Shown: in pieces, positions 11,776 through 23,300 of the stretch | How the letters are laid out: every line of letters begins with the position of its first letter | Numbering within the stretch: position 1 is the first letter of the stretch | DNA from: Stegostoma tigrinum | Lineage: Eukaryota | Assembly (NCBI RefSeq): GCF_030684315.1 | Contig: NC_081391.1 | Location: forward strand, 14,113,342-14,177,341 | Direction: 5' to 3' | Length of the DNA: 64,000 bases | Program-made: the position numbers and the translations under genes | Notes under the pieces: generated by a model | Databases searched by the model: none | Seen by the model: the letters and a program-made list of their open reading frames with translations, nothing else | What the model was told of the DNA's origin: nothing

Positions 11776-11861
11776 GAGTCCCAGGGCAGGGATGTTTATT
11801 GTTGTTCTTAACTTTGTTAATTTTGTGGTGCGGAAACTAAAGCAAGCTTTTCCTTTATATG

Positions 11862-14800
11862 ATGGCATCCCAGATCAGTCAGAACTATCACCAGGATTGT
11901 GAAGCTGCTGTCAACAAGCAGATTAATGTGGAGCTCACTGCCTCCTATCTCTATCAGTCTTTGGTGAGTGGTGTCTCTGTTGGGTGAAACATACTTCTGT
12001 TCTGTTGAAGTGAACTCTACTCCTTGGATGTAATTAAGTTGTCTATCTTATAGACTGAGTTTTGTGGCTCCTACCTCTTTCTCAATGCAGGATGAGTGTG
12101 ATGTTACTGTAACAATAGTTTGGTGTCCAATGTTACTCTAACTTGGGTCCCAGTTGGTTCTCAGTGAGATGTGGAGTGTTCTTGTAGTTACTTGCCTGTC
12201 CCATGATGGTGCTGTGACTGGTGGTAATTATAGCTTCCTGTGGCTGTTTGAAACTTGAGGGAACTAATTTAAAAATGAATTGGGACTAACCATTGTGGGA
12301 ATGGAAGCACCATCAGCTAGTCACTGCTCTTCTTTTCCTTCTTGTATCCTTGCTTGTATTTGAATTTTGTGGTGATCCCAACTTAACATCTCAAATAATC
12401 TTGAGAATCTTGATTTCCTATTGCAATCAGCTTAGAATAGGCTTGTTCTAGCCCTACAGAGCTGGGCTGAGAGGTGGCAAATGGAGTTTAATGCAGACAA
12501 GTGTGAGGTGATGCACTTTGGTAGGAGTAACCGGAAGGCAAAGCACGAGGCTAATGGTAAGATTCTTAGTAATGTAGATGAGCAGAGAGATCTCGGTGTC
12601 CACGTAAACAGGTCCTTGAAAGTTGCCATCCAGGTTGACAGGGTGGTTAAGAAGGCAGTGTTTTCTCTTTGATTAATAGAGGCATTGAGTTCTGGAACCA
12701 AGAGGTTATGGTGAAGCTGTACCAAACTCTGGTGTGGCTGCACTTGTAGTATTGTATACAGTTCTGGTCACTGCATTATAAGGATGTGGAAGCTTTGGCA
12801 AGAGTGCAGAGGAGGTTTACTAGGATGTTGCCTGGTATCGAGGGAAGCTCTTATGAGGGAAGACTGAGGGACTTGAGGCTGTCTTCATTGGTGAGAAGGT
12901 TGAGAGTTGACTTAATTGAAACATATAATATTCTGAGGGTTGGAAAGGGAAATCCTCTTTCTGCGGACGGTGAGCATGAGGGGGCATAGCTGTAAATTGA
13001 GGGATGATAGATATAGGACAGATGTCTGAGGTAGTTTCTTTACTCAGTAGTAAGGGAATGGAATGCTTTGCCTGTGACGGTAGTAGATTTGCCAACTTTA
13101 GGTACATTTAAGTCGTCATTGGACAAGCATATGGACGTACAGGGAATAGTCTAGGTTAGATGGGCTTGAGATCAGTATGACAAGTTGACACAACATCTAG
13201 GGCCTGTACTGTGCTGTTATGTTCTAGTTTCAGATTAAACTGGGTGAGGTTGTGACTGGTATCTGATCAAGCAGATCTCCATTTGAGATCTACTTTGCTT
13301 TTTTTCATACTCATGAGGTGGGTGTGGGCTGTCTGTATATGAAGTGTTGGAGCTTTTCCAAGGCACGGCACTGCCGTGGGGCTGAGAATGTGCGGAGGGT
13401 ACTGACCCAGTGAATATGCAAAAAATAGCTTATTCCTGTTGTATTTGGCCTGACTCTAACTAGCCCCTCTTTCCCCAGGTGGTTGGGTGCCTGTGCCCTT
13501 CCAAGGGGTAGAATGTGTTTAGAAGGTGTTAGAAGTAACCTTAGTGAGTGTTGCCGGGTGCTCTCTGGGCTTGTGCTTGTCAGCAGGAAGTCCTGTCATG
13601 ATGAGGATCAAGTCCCTGTCAGCCCCACTTTGGGAGGTGGCAACAGCTTTCATTGAGCCAGCAGTTCAGTTTTAATCGCTGACCCATGTTCCTAACACAA
13701 CTTGGAAGCATGTCCCAAGAGTAAAATCTCCACTATTCTACATCTTCTAACTGCCCATTTAAATGGGCAATGATAAATTGTGCTTGTGTTTGCATTTGAC
13801 AATTAAAGCAACTTTTTTCAGCAGGATTCCCAAGAATGTGTGTCTTAGTAGCTGCTTCCAATAGCAGACCTGGTAAACCTGAATACATTGAATTGTGAAC
13901 ATCCTGGTTTAGAAATCTACAGGACTTTGCCTGTTGGATTAAGTCAACAGTAGCATTTCCAGGTTACTGTTTTAATAAGTGATGTTGTCTAGAGAGTAGG
14001 TGATCTGCAGGTCACTGTCATATTTGTCATGTGATCAGTTTGTTTTGTCAATCATTGTTTCATGTGTAATGGTACAAGTTGCTAGCAGTCTCAGTACAGC
14101 TGTTTTAGTTGCAGCAGTAAACTGTATCTAGAACAATCCAAAGACTGTCCCGAGGCAGGCTTTCCTTGGCAGATTCTTGGTGCCCATGTCCTTCATTCAT
14201 CCCTTCCCCCTCACCCCAGCCACCCCACTACTGCAGCCCTTGTCAACCTAATACAGTGCATCCAATTGCATTGATCCTGACTAAGCAGAAAATGTGCTCC
14301 TTCCTAGCTGTTGGTTGCAGTGATGGGATCTGTTTTCTGGCCTTTGCCAAAGGAGCAATAGCGTGCCCTGCAGCTGTTCTATTGGTGCACATCCTGCATT
14401 CCAGCTTCTGGCATTTCTTGAAACCCTATTCAATCAGTAATTTATCCCATTTCTGGTGGAGGTTAATCAGTAAAAACATCAATTCACACTTGTTCTCACC
14501 CAATGCTGTGCCAGACCCACTGAGCAATTTGCCAGGAGTTTCAAACCAAAATAAAACACATGGTGTTTACAGCTTACCTGGAGGAAGCTGGGATTGTTTT
14601 GATTTTTCCAATTCAACAGGAACTGCTCAAAACTGGGTTCTGAATTGTTAATGCATCAGGTACTTAACAGCTTATTGTCAGTCTGATTTTTAGAATGCTC
14701 AAGTAGCCCTGGAGCTCTGAACTAAAATTGGCCCGTGACTTGTTAATGGGCTTTACCTTGATCTCCCTTCCAGATGTCCTACTTTGACCGGGATGATGTT

Positions 14801-17035
14801 GCCCTCCCCCATGTCTCCCGCTTCTTCAAACATCAGTCCCAGGAGAAGCGGGAACATGCAGAGAAGCTGCTGAAATTCCAGAATCAGCGTGGAGGCCGGG
14901 TCCTCCTCCAGGATGTGAAGGTTGGAGTTGGGTGGGGTGGGGGTTGGGATGGTAATGGCTGCTCTTGTGGTGTGGTTTCAAGTCAGTGACAAGGTTTTCA
15001 TTTGAGTCAAAACTTTGTTCGGCCTGTTTGATCTCCTTTTTGAAGCCAGTGTAGAAAGAAGCCCTTTGGCCCACCATGTCTTTGCTGACCCCCCCAAACA
15101 CTAAAGCACATTAATCCCATTTATCTTCCCTTGGTCCACAGGCCACTGTCCTGGCACTATGTACTTGTCCAGCTGGACCTTAAACTGATCTGGAGTAGCT
15201 GACTCCACCACCATCCAACCCTTTATGTGGTTCATCTCATATTTCTAACCTCCCCCTCGGAGGAGGGTGAAGAGAACGTTTCCTCCAATCCCCTCTAACC
15301 TGCTTACTCCACAAACCTGGTTTCTCTCTGGTCTTGGTGTCTGCCATGGGGAAGACATTCCATCAACTGGCCACTCTCTACTCTTCAATAGTTACATCAG
15401 GTCACTCCCTCAGCCGTTCCTGCTCCACAGAAAATCCCAGCCTATCTAACCTCCAATCAATGGATCTTGGGCAACAGCCTGGGCAACCTCACCAGCTTCC
15501 CCCTGCAGTGCCATCCTGTCCTTGTGACTGGTGAGGCCCAAGAGGGAATAATGTGGTGACTAGAAGAACAAACTGTGACAAGACTGGTCCCCTTCCTGTT
15601 CCACCACACCCAACTAATAGAGGTTGCTTGCCCTCTGTCACTGTTACACCCTGTTGACCTTGTCTGAACTTTGAGGGATCTATGGTTGTGGGCCTTTCTT
15701 AACTGTTAGCAGCACAACACACTTTGCAAACACCTCGCTGTCCCTTGGATGAATTAAATAGCCGTGATGTTTCTGATCATCCTGCTCAGGCATGTATGAA
15801 GCCACCAGCACAAGTGGTACTTGAACCTTGGCCTTGTCAGCCAGAGACAGGGGCACTACCACTGTACCATGACAGCATTTAGGATTCACTCGTGAATATC
15901 CTCGCAATTCCATCAGATGGACCCTGATGCAAATCTTGTCATTATCCCCCACAATGACCTGTTATTCACCTTCCTCCTTCAGATCAAGGACCGACAGGCA
16001 AGGTGAAAGCAATTCTGAAGGAACTGTTCTTCAGCTGTGCTCCAGGGCTGCCTCAGGGGCTAGCAGTGTTCTCAGTGCTAGGGACACAGGTTTTGATCTG
16101 GCCTCTGGTGAGGGACTGGTGTTTACATGTCCTCCCCATGTCTGCGTTGGTGTCCTCATAGTATAAGAGGATTGGCCATCTGAAATGCAGGGTTACAGGA
16201 ATAGAGGGGGAGTGGGATGAGCTGGGATGCATTTCAGAGCAGTTCTGCACTGATCGATGTTGTAGAGATTCTGAAGCTTCACTTTCCTTCTTTCCATCCT
16301 CAGAAGCCAGAGAGGGATGAGTGGGGTAACAGCCTCCAGGCAATGCAGGTTGCCCTGGATCTGGAGAAGAATGTGAACCAGAGTTTGCTGGATCTTCACC
16401 AACTTGCCACAGCCCAGACTGACCCTCATGTAAGCTTCACCACTTCATTCTCTTCACTGCTGGTCACTCAGGGCAACACCTTCAATGGTTGGTCTTTTGT
16501 GGATTAGAAGTTGCCTGCTGTCTCAGACAAGTACCATTTGGATCTCTTCAGATCTGTACCAATGCTTATAATCTGATCAGCTCAGCAATCAAGTAAAATG
16601 GGAATTTGGATTATAATCTAGTAGGAGTGATGAAGTGATATTGGCCACTGAATGCTCATCCAGGATTATTGCAGTGGAATGATCACTATCCATCATAATC
16701 CAACACAGCATCACTTAACAAACTGCAAGAGCAGTTGAAATACATGGTCCTCACTGGCATAGTCTCCAGGTGTTAGGTTTTCAGGGTAGTCTCGAGCTCA
16801 TATGGCTGAGTGTTTTGCAGTAGGAAATCTGAGGTTGTCTTGGATAGCATTAATGTAGCAAGTTGTCATATTCTTGCAGCTGTGTGACTTCCTGGAGACT
16901 CACTATTTGGATGAGGAGGTGGAGATCATCAAGCAACTCGGGGACTACATCACCAACCTGAAGCGCCTGGGAGCCCCTGAGAATGGGATGGTAGAGTACC
17001 TGTTTGACAGGCTCTCGCTGGAGGACAGCAGTTAG
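11862..17035 (+). CDS. Ferritin subunit (L/M-lineage-like, 176 aa), copy 2; exons 11862-11963, 14774-14920, 16304-16429, 16880-17035
   Basis: Spliced frame is open: [180 protein letters not shown] introns lie at the conserved vertebrate ferritin positions. AATAAA at 17165-17170. Confidence 0.93.
12455..13228 (+). mobile_element. CR1 LINE 3' fragment in intron 1 of copy 2
   Basis: [16 protein letters not shown]...[11 protein letters not shown] fragments with a tgttat/gttct tail. Confidence 0.9.
16055..16270 (+). mobile_element. Decayed SINE at the same intron 2 position, copy 2
   Basis: cagtgctagggacacaggttttgatctggcctctggtga matches the copy 1 element. Confidence 0.55.
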
Positions 17036-17164
17036 TGTGGCCTGGAGTACTGTCTGCTTGGTCTGAATGCATTCCCCACTTCACCCTGGACAACCTGTCT
17101 CCTTCCAAGGAGAAGGGACTTTTGTAGCAAAGAATGTAATGGCTGTACCAGCTAAATGGAAATG

Positions 17165-17170
17165 AATAAA
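17165..17170 (+). terminator. Polyadenylation signal, copy 2
   Basis: AATAAA at the conserved position. Confidence 0.8.
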
Positions 17171-20158
17171 ATGATGTGTTGATCTTGCTTATTGTCCATC
17201 ATTCAGAGCTCTGAATACTTTGGGTGATAGCTCTTGCTTGAAGCCAATTTGTTTTCTGTCATTTGATTGGTCCAATTTCTAATTGGATTAGGCAACCCTT
17301 CACAGAATCGCTCACTATCCCCACATTAGAATGTAACTAGATGGAGTGTTTTTTTTGGTTAGTCCTGTGGAAATTGAAGGTGTTTCTCCTCCAAATAGGA
17401 TAAGGTTGGGATTTGTCAATTGTGGCACTGGCTTTCTTCTAGAGGACAATTAGTGCGCTTCTGGATATGGTGGGTTCAACTGTAGCTCAAAGAAATTGTC
17501 TTCCTCTGGTGACAGGAAGCTCCCACACCGTCCAAAGAGACTTCTCTACCTAGCCTGATAGAATTTGGGATAGTGGTGTTCAATTGCACATTTCCCTTGA
17601 AATCTCTTCCCCGCCTCAGCCATCCTGCGTACTCAATTATTGCCTGAATGATGACAGCAACAAAAAGTGAAGACAGCCCTTTATCTACTGACCCAGCTGC
17701 CTGATCACAAAGGTCTAAAGGTAGAGGCCCAGCAGGCTCTGATTTGAATCCAGCTGGCGGAAGCAGCAGAGGTGTGAAACAATCTCGACTGCCTGGTATA
17801 TCTTTTTTTTTTTCCCCATTGGGCCCTACCCTGACAAATAAAACACTATATTCTCAGTATTGTTACTTTTGGTTTCACCATCCCAAACTGTGGCTGGAGC
17901 TCTTTCTCTTCCGCCTCTCCCCGCTTCGCTCACCCCGCCCTCCCCCCCACCCAACCTTTTCTATCCACGTGCCCCACCAGCCTAAACATTCACCACAGCC
18001 CCTTTCCCTGCGAGTCAGCTCAAGACATTCACCTGAACTGTACTGGATTAGAATGCAGGGCCTCATTGCTGCTTACAGCAGGATAACAGGGACCTGGGAA
18101 GAACACAGCAATGCACCTGGTTAAATGCTGCTGTTTGATTGGCTCTTGTTGGTAAAGCCAGCATTGAGCACACTAAGCTGCTCCCTTCGTTCCTCTGAGC
18201 TTTCCCCCATGGTGAACATTACTCCTGATGCAGGTTGATTGGGTGAAATCACATTGAAGGAGCAAAGTGGCTCGGAGAGGAGACATGGAGATGCTGACTT
18301 TCCTTTACGGCTGCTTCTTTTATCTTTCAAGGTGTCAGAGATCATGGGTTCGTGAGGGGGCTATCAGAGACATCCTGAGGATTGTTCCAGGGAGTTTTGT
18401 AGCGAGTGCACACTGCAGCCTTCATCAAGGTTGGCGGGGGGGGTGCTGCAGAGTCAAAAGGCGCTCAACATATTTGTTCCACCACATAAAGCAATTTATT
18501 TTCGGTGAAAATAAGTCTTGGCTGCAGTAACCCTCAAGTGCAGGAAGGGACCATTAGGCCCATTAAATCTGCATCGACCTTCTGAACAGCATCCTCCTTA
18601 GACCCAACCCCTTTGCCTTAACTCCACATTTCCCACGGCTAATCGACCTAGCCTGCAGGCCCCTGCTCACGATCGACAATCTGCAAATCATTGGGCTGTG
18701 TGAGGAAACTCAAGCACCTGGAGGAAATCCACGCAGTCCATCACCCAGGGGTAGAATCGAACCTGGGTGCCTGGCACTGAGGCGCCAAAACATTCTAAAG
18801 TACCAAAGGAAAGGAATACACTGCGGCAAACTACGCCATGGGAATAGACTCTGCAGCGCAGCCCGAACTTGCAGACCAGGTTTTCATAAACTGTGTAGTG
18901 CCATTTGCCTACGTTTGGCCCATCTTTCTCTAAACCGTTCCTTTCCATGTAAATCTCCAAATGTCACTTAAATGTTGTAATTCTATCCACCTCGACCACT
19001 TCCTCTGGCAGCTCGTTCCATACACGCACCACCCTCTGTGTGACAATGTTGTCACTCACGCCCCTTTTAAATCTTGCCGCTCTCCCCTCAAACCGGTGCC
19101 CTCTAGTTTTGGACCCCCCCTACCGTGTCCCAGCATGCTTTTTATATACAGTCAATCTTGAGTGTGCCAATGGCAAGGCTACATTTAGTGCTCAGCAACT
19201 GTTACACTTCAGGAGGTGGTGATGAGCTGCGTATTACAGTCCACCTGGTGTCAGAGAGACCGGAATGATGCTGATGCTGCTGCTGTTGCTGAGGAGGGGC
19301 TCCTGGGATTTTCATTCACAAACAGGGATATTGTTCCAAGTCAGGATGGTGACAGAGTTACATGGAGCTGCTTGAGTGTCGTTGGTGCTGCCTCCAGCGA
19401 GAACATTGTAAACTAATTCCAGCACTACTCCCAACTTCAGCCTTATTGAGGGTGGGCAGGTTTTGGAAACTCAGGAGTTGAGTACTTCCTGACAGAATTC
19501 CCAGCATCTGAATTCCCAGTTTCTGAGCTGTACCATCTACAGAACGCAATGTAAACAGAACCAGAAATTCTTCACTTGGAAACATGCTGGGGTGAATCAC
19601 TAGTTCTACTTCAAACAACGAAAAACGAAACTGGGAGACAGAAATGTTCAACGTGCAATACATTTCTAGCAGCAACTGAAACATAGAGGCCTGAGGCCTA
19701 CTGTGTAGAAGAGGCACTCAGCACATTTAGCGTTTTGCTTTTCAAACTGGGCTTCAAGGTCAAGGTCAGGGAGATCACATCAGATGCAGATTGGATCCAC
19801 AAAGTACATCAGTTGCCTGTTTTAGATGATCCAAAAGCACATTATTTCTGTTGCTGCACAGAAATAGGAAAATGTTCTGATCAACCAAATCGAGCCATTT
19901 TTCAAAGAGCTCCAACACCAACGTTCAAAAATTATTACGACTAATCCCTCAGAATAGCAATCCGACAGAATTCTGCAAATCTGTGATGAATGTGTCTTAA
20001 CGCACAACCTCAGATACAGACGTGAAGTTTTAGAGTATATTTTATTCTCATTTTCAGGGAGATGTCCTTCCAGAATTTGCACTTGTGCGGGAGGTCAAAG
20101 GTCATTTCAGCAATTTCATCATCAACCAGTTGTCAATTCTGATTGGTTTTTTGACCCG

Positions 20159-20280
20159 ATTCCCATCCTGCACTGATTGGATGTGGCAGCTGATCAATTG
20201 ATTTACAAGAGTGTTTGGCCATCACTGATGATCTCATTTCCTGCTTCATAAAATGAGTGTTGGCTCCTGGAGTATAAATA
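20159..20280 (+). promoter_or_regulatory. Core promoter, copy 3
   Basis: Same variant block as copy 2; TATAAA at 20273-20278. Confidence 0.75.
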
Positions 20281-20366
20281 GAGTCCCACGGGAGGGATGT
20301 TTACTGTTGCTCTTAACTTTGTCATTTTTCTGGGGAGGAACATAAAGCAAGTGTTTCCTTTATGAG

Positions 20367-23300
20367 ATGGCCTCCCAGATCAGTCAGAACTATCACCAGG
20401 ATTGTGAAGCTGCTGTCAACAAGCAGATTAATGTGGAGCTCACTGCCTCCTATCTCTATCAGTCTTTGGTGAGTGGAGTCTCTGTTGGGTGAAACATACT
20501 TCTGTTCTGTTGAAGTGAACTCTTCCCCTTGGATGTAATTAAGTTGTCTATCTTATAGACTGAGTTTTGTGGCTCCTACCTCTTTCTCAATGCAGGATGA
20601 GTGTGATGTTATTATAACAATAGTTTGGTGCCTAATGTTACTCTAACTTGGGTCCCAGTTGGTTGTCAGTGAGATGTGGAGGGTGGAGTGTTCTTGTAGT
20701 TACTTGCCTGTCCCATGATGGTGCTGTGACTGGTGGTAATTATAGCTTCCTGTGGCTGTTTGAAACTTGAGGGAACTAATTTAAAAATGAATTGGGACTC
20801 ACCATTGTGGGAATGGAAGCACCATCAGCTAGTCACTGCTTTTCTTTTCCCTCTTGTATCCTTGTTTCTATTTGAATTTTGTGGGGATCTGAAGTAAACC
20901 TGCCAATTGTGACTGAGAATCTTGATTTCCTATTGCAATCAGCTTAGAATAGGCTTGTTCTAGCCCTACAGAGCTGGGCCGAGAGGTGGCAAATGGAGTT
21001 TAATGCAGACAAGTGTGAGGTGATGCTCTTTGGTAGGAGTAACCGGAAGGCAAAGTACAGGGCTAATGGTAAGATTCTTGGTAGTGTAGATGAGCAGAGA
21101 GATCTGTGTCGATAGGTAGACACGGAATGTTGAAAGTTGCCACCCAGGTTGACAGGGCAATTAAGGCAGTGTTTTGTCTTTTATTAAGAGGATTGAGTTC
21201 TGGAACCAAGAGGTTATGGTGAAGCTGTACAAAACTCTGGTGCATACAGTTCTGGTCACTGCATTATAAGGATGTGAAGCTTTGGAAAGGGTGTAGAGGA
21301 GATCTGCTAGGATGTTGCCTGGTATGGAGGGAAGATCTTATGAGGAAAGGCTGAGGGGCTTGAGGCTCTCTTCATTAGAGAGAAGAAGGTTGAGAGGTGA
21401 CTTAATTGAAACAATAAAATAATCAGAGGGCTGGATAGAGAGAGCCTTTTTCCTAGATGGTGATGGTGAGCATGAGGTGGGGTAGCTTTAAATTGAGGGC
21501 TGATAAATATAGGACAGATGTCAGAGGTAGTTTCTTTACTCAGTAAGGGAATGCAATGCTTTGCCTGTGACAGTAGTAGATTTGCCCACTTTAGGTACAC
21601 TTAAGTCATCATTGGATAAGCAAATGGGCATACATGGAATAGTGTAGGTTAGATGGGCTTGAGATCAGTATGACAAGTCGGCACAACATCAAGGGCTGAA
21701 GGGCCTGCACTTTGCTGTTATGTTCTATGTTCAGATTAAACTGGGTGAGGTTGTGACTCTTATCTGATTAAGCAGATCTCCTTTTGAGATCTACCTTGCT
21801 TCTCTTCATACTCATGAGGTGGGTGCGGGCTGTCTGTATGTCAAGTGTTGGAGCTTTTCAAAGGCACAGCACTGCCATGGGGCTGAGAATGTACTGACCC
21901 AGTGACTCTGGTAAAAAGTTTATGCCTGTTGTATTTGGCCTGATTCTAAACTAACTGGACCCTCTTTCCCCAGGTGGGGTGCTTGTGCCCTTCCAAGGGG
22001 TAGAAGGTGTTTATGTAACCTTAGTGTTTGTTGCAGGGTGCTCTCTGGGCTTGTCCCTGTCAGCAGGAAGTCCCCTCCTGATGAGGATCAAGCCCCTGTC
22101 AGCCCCACTTCGGGAGGGGGAACAGCTTTCATTGAGCCAGCAGTTGGGTTTTAATCACTGACCCATTGTCCCAACACACCTTGTAAGCATGTGCCAGGAA
22201 TGAAATCCTTACTATTCTACATCTTCTAACTGCACATTTAAATCGCAAAGATAAATTGTGCTTGTGTTTGCATTTGAGAATTGAAGCAACTTTTTTCAGC
22301 AGGATTTGTAAGAATGTGCTTGTTACTGGCTGCTTCCAATAGCAGACCTGCTAAACCTCAATACATTGAATTGTGAACATCCTGGTTTAGAAATCTACAG
22401 GACTTTGCCTGTTGGATTAAGTCAACAGTGGTTTTTCCAGGTTAATGAGGGATCTTGTCTGGAGAGTAGTTGATCTGCAGATCACTGTCATATTTGTCAT
22501 GTGATCAGTTTCTTTTGTCAGTCTTTCTTTCATGTGTAATGGTACAAGTTGCTAGCAGTCTGAGTCAGTGCAGCTGTTTTAGATGCAGCAACAAACTGTT
22601 GCAGTAACAATCCAAAGGCTGTCCTTCGGCAGGTTTTCCTTGGCAGATTCTTGGAGCTAACGTCCTTCATTCATCTCCTCATGCGCCCCCCCCCAGCCAC
22701 CCCAATACTGCAGTTCTTGTCAAACTAATAGATACAGTGCATCCAATTGCATTGATCCTGACTAAGCAGAAAATGTGCTCCTTCCTAGCTGTTAATTGCA
22801 GTGTCTAGGATCTGTTTTCTGGTCTTTGCCAAAGCAGCAATACAGTGCCCTGCAGCTGTTCTATTGGTGTACATCCTGCACTCCAGCCCCTGGCATTTCT
22901 TGAAACCCTATTCAATCAAAGATTTATCCCATTTCTGGTGGAGGTTAATCAGTAAAAACATCAATTCACACTTGTTCTCACCAAATGCTGTGCCAGACCC
23001 TCCTGGGCAATTTGCCAGGAGTTTCAAACCAAATTAAAACACATGGTATTTACAACTTACTGGAGGAAGCTGGGATTGTTTTGATTTTTCCAATTCAACA
23101 GCAATTGCTCAAAACTGGGTTCTGAATTGTTAATGCATCAGGTACTTAACAGCTTATTGTCAGTTTGATTTTGAGAATGCTCAAGTAGCCCTGTAGTTCT
23201 GAACTGAAATTGGCCCATGACTTGTTAATGGACTTTACCTTGTTCTCCCTTCCAGATGTCCTACTTTGACCGGGACGATGTTGCCCTTCCCCATTTTTCC

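Larger units (their letters stand above)
9600..16510 (+). repeat. Recent duplication block A (partner at about 18105-24990)
   Basis: Intergenic DNA, introns 1-2 and the intronic CR1 align almost base for base at an offset of about 8.5 kb. Confidence 0.9.
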
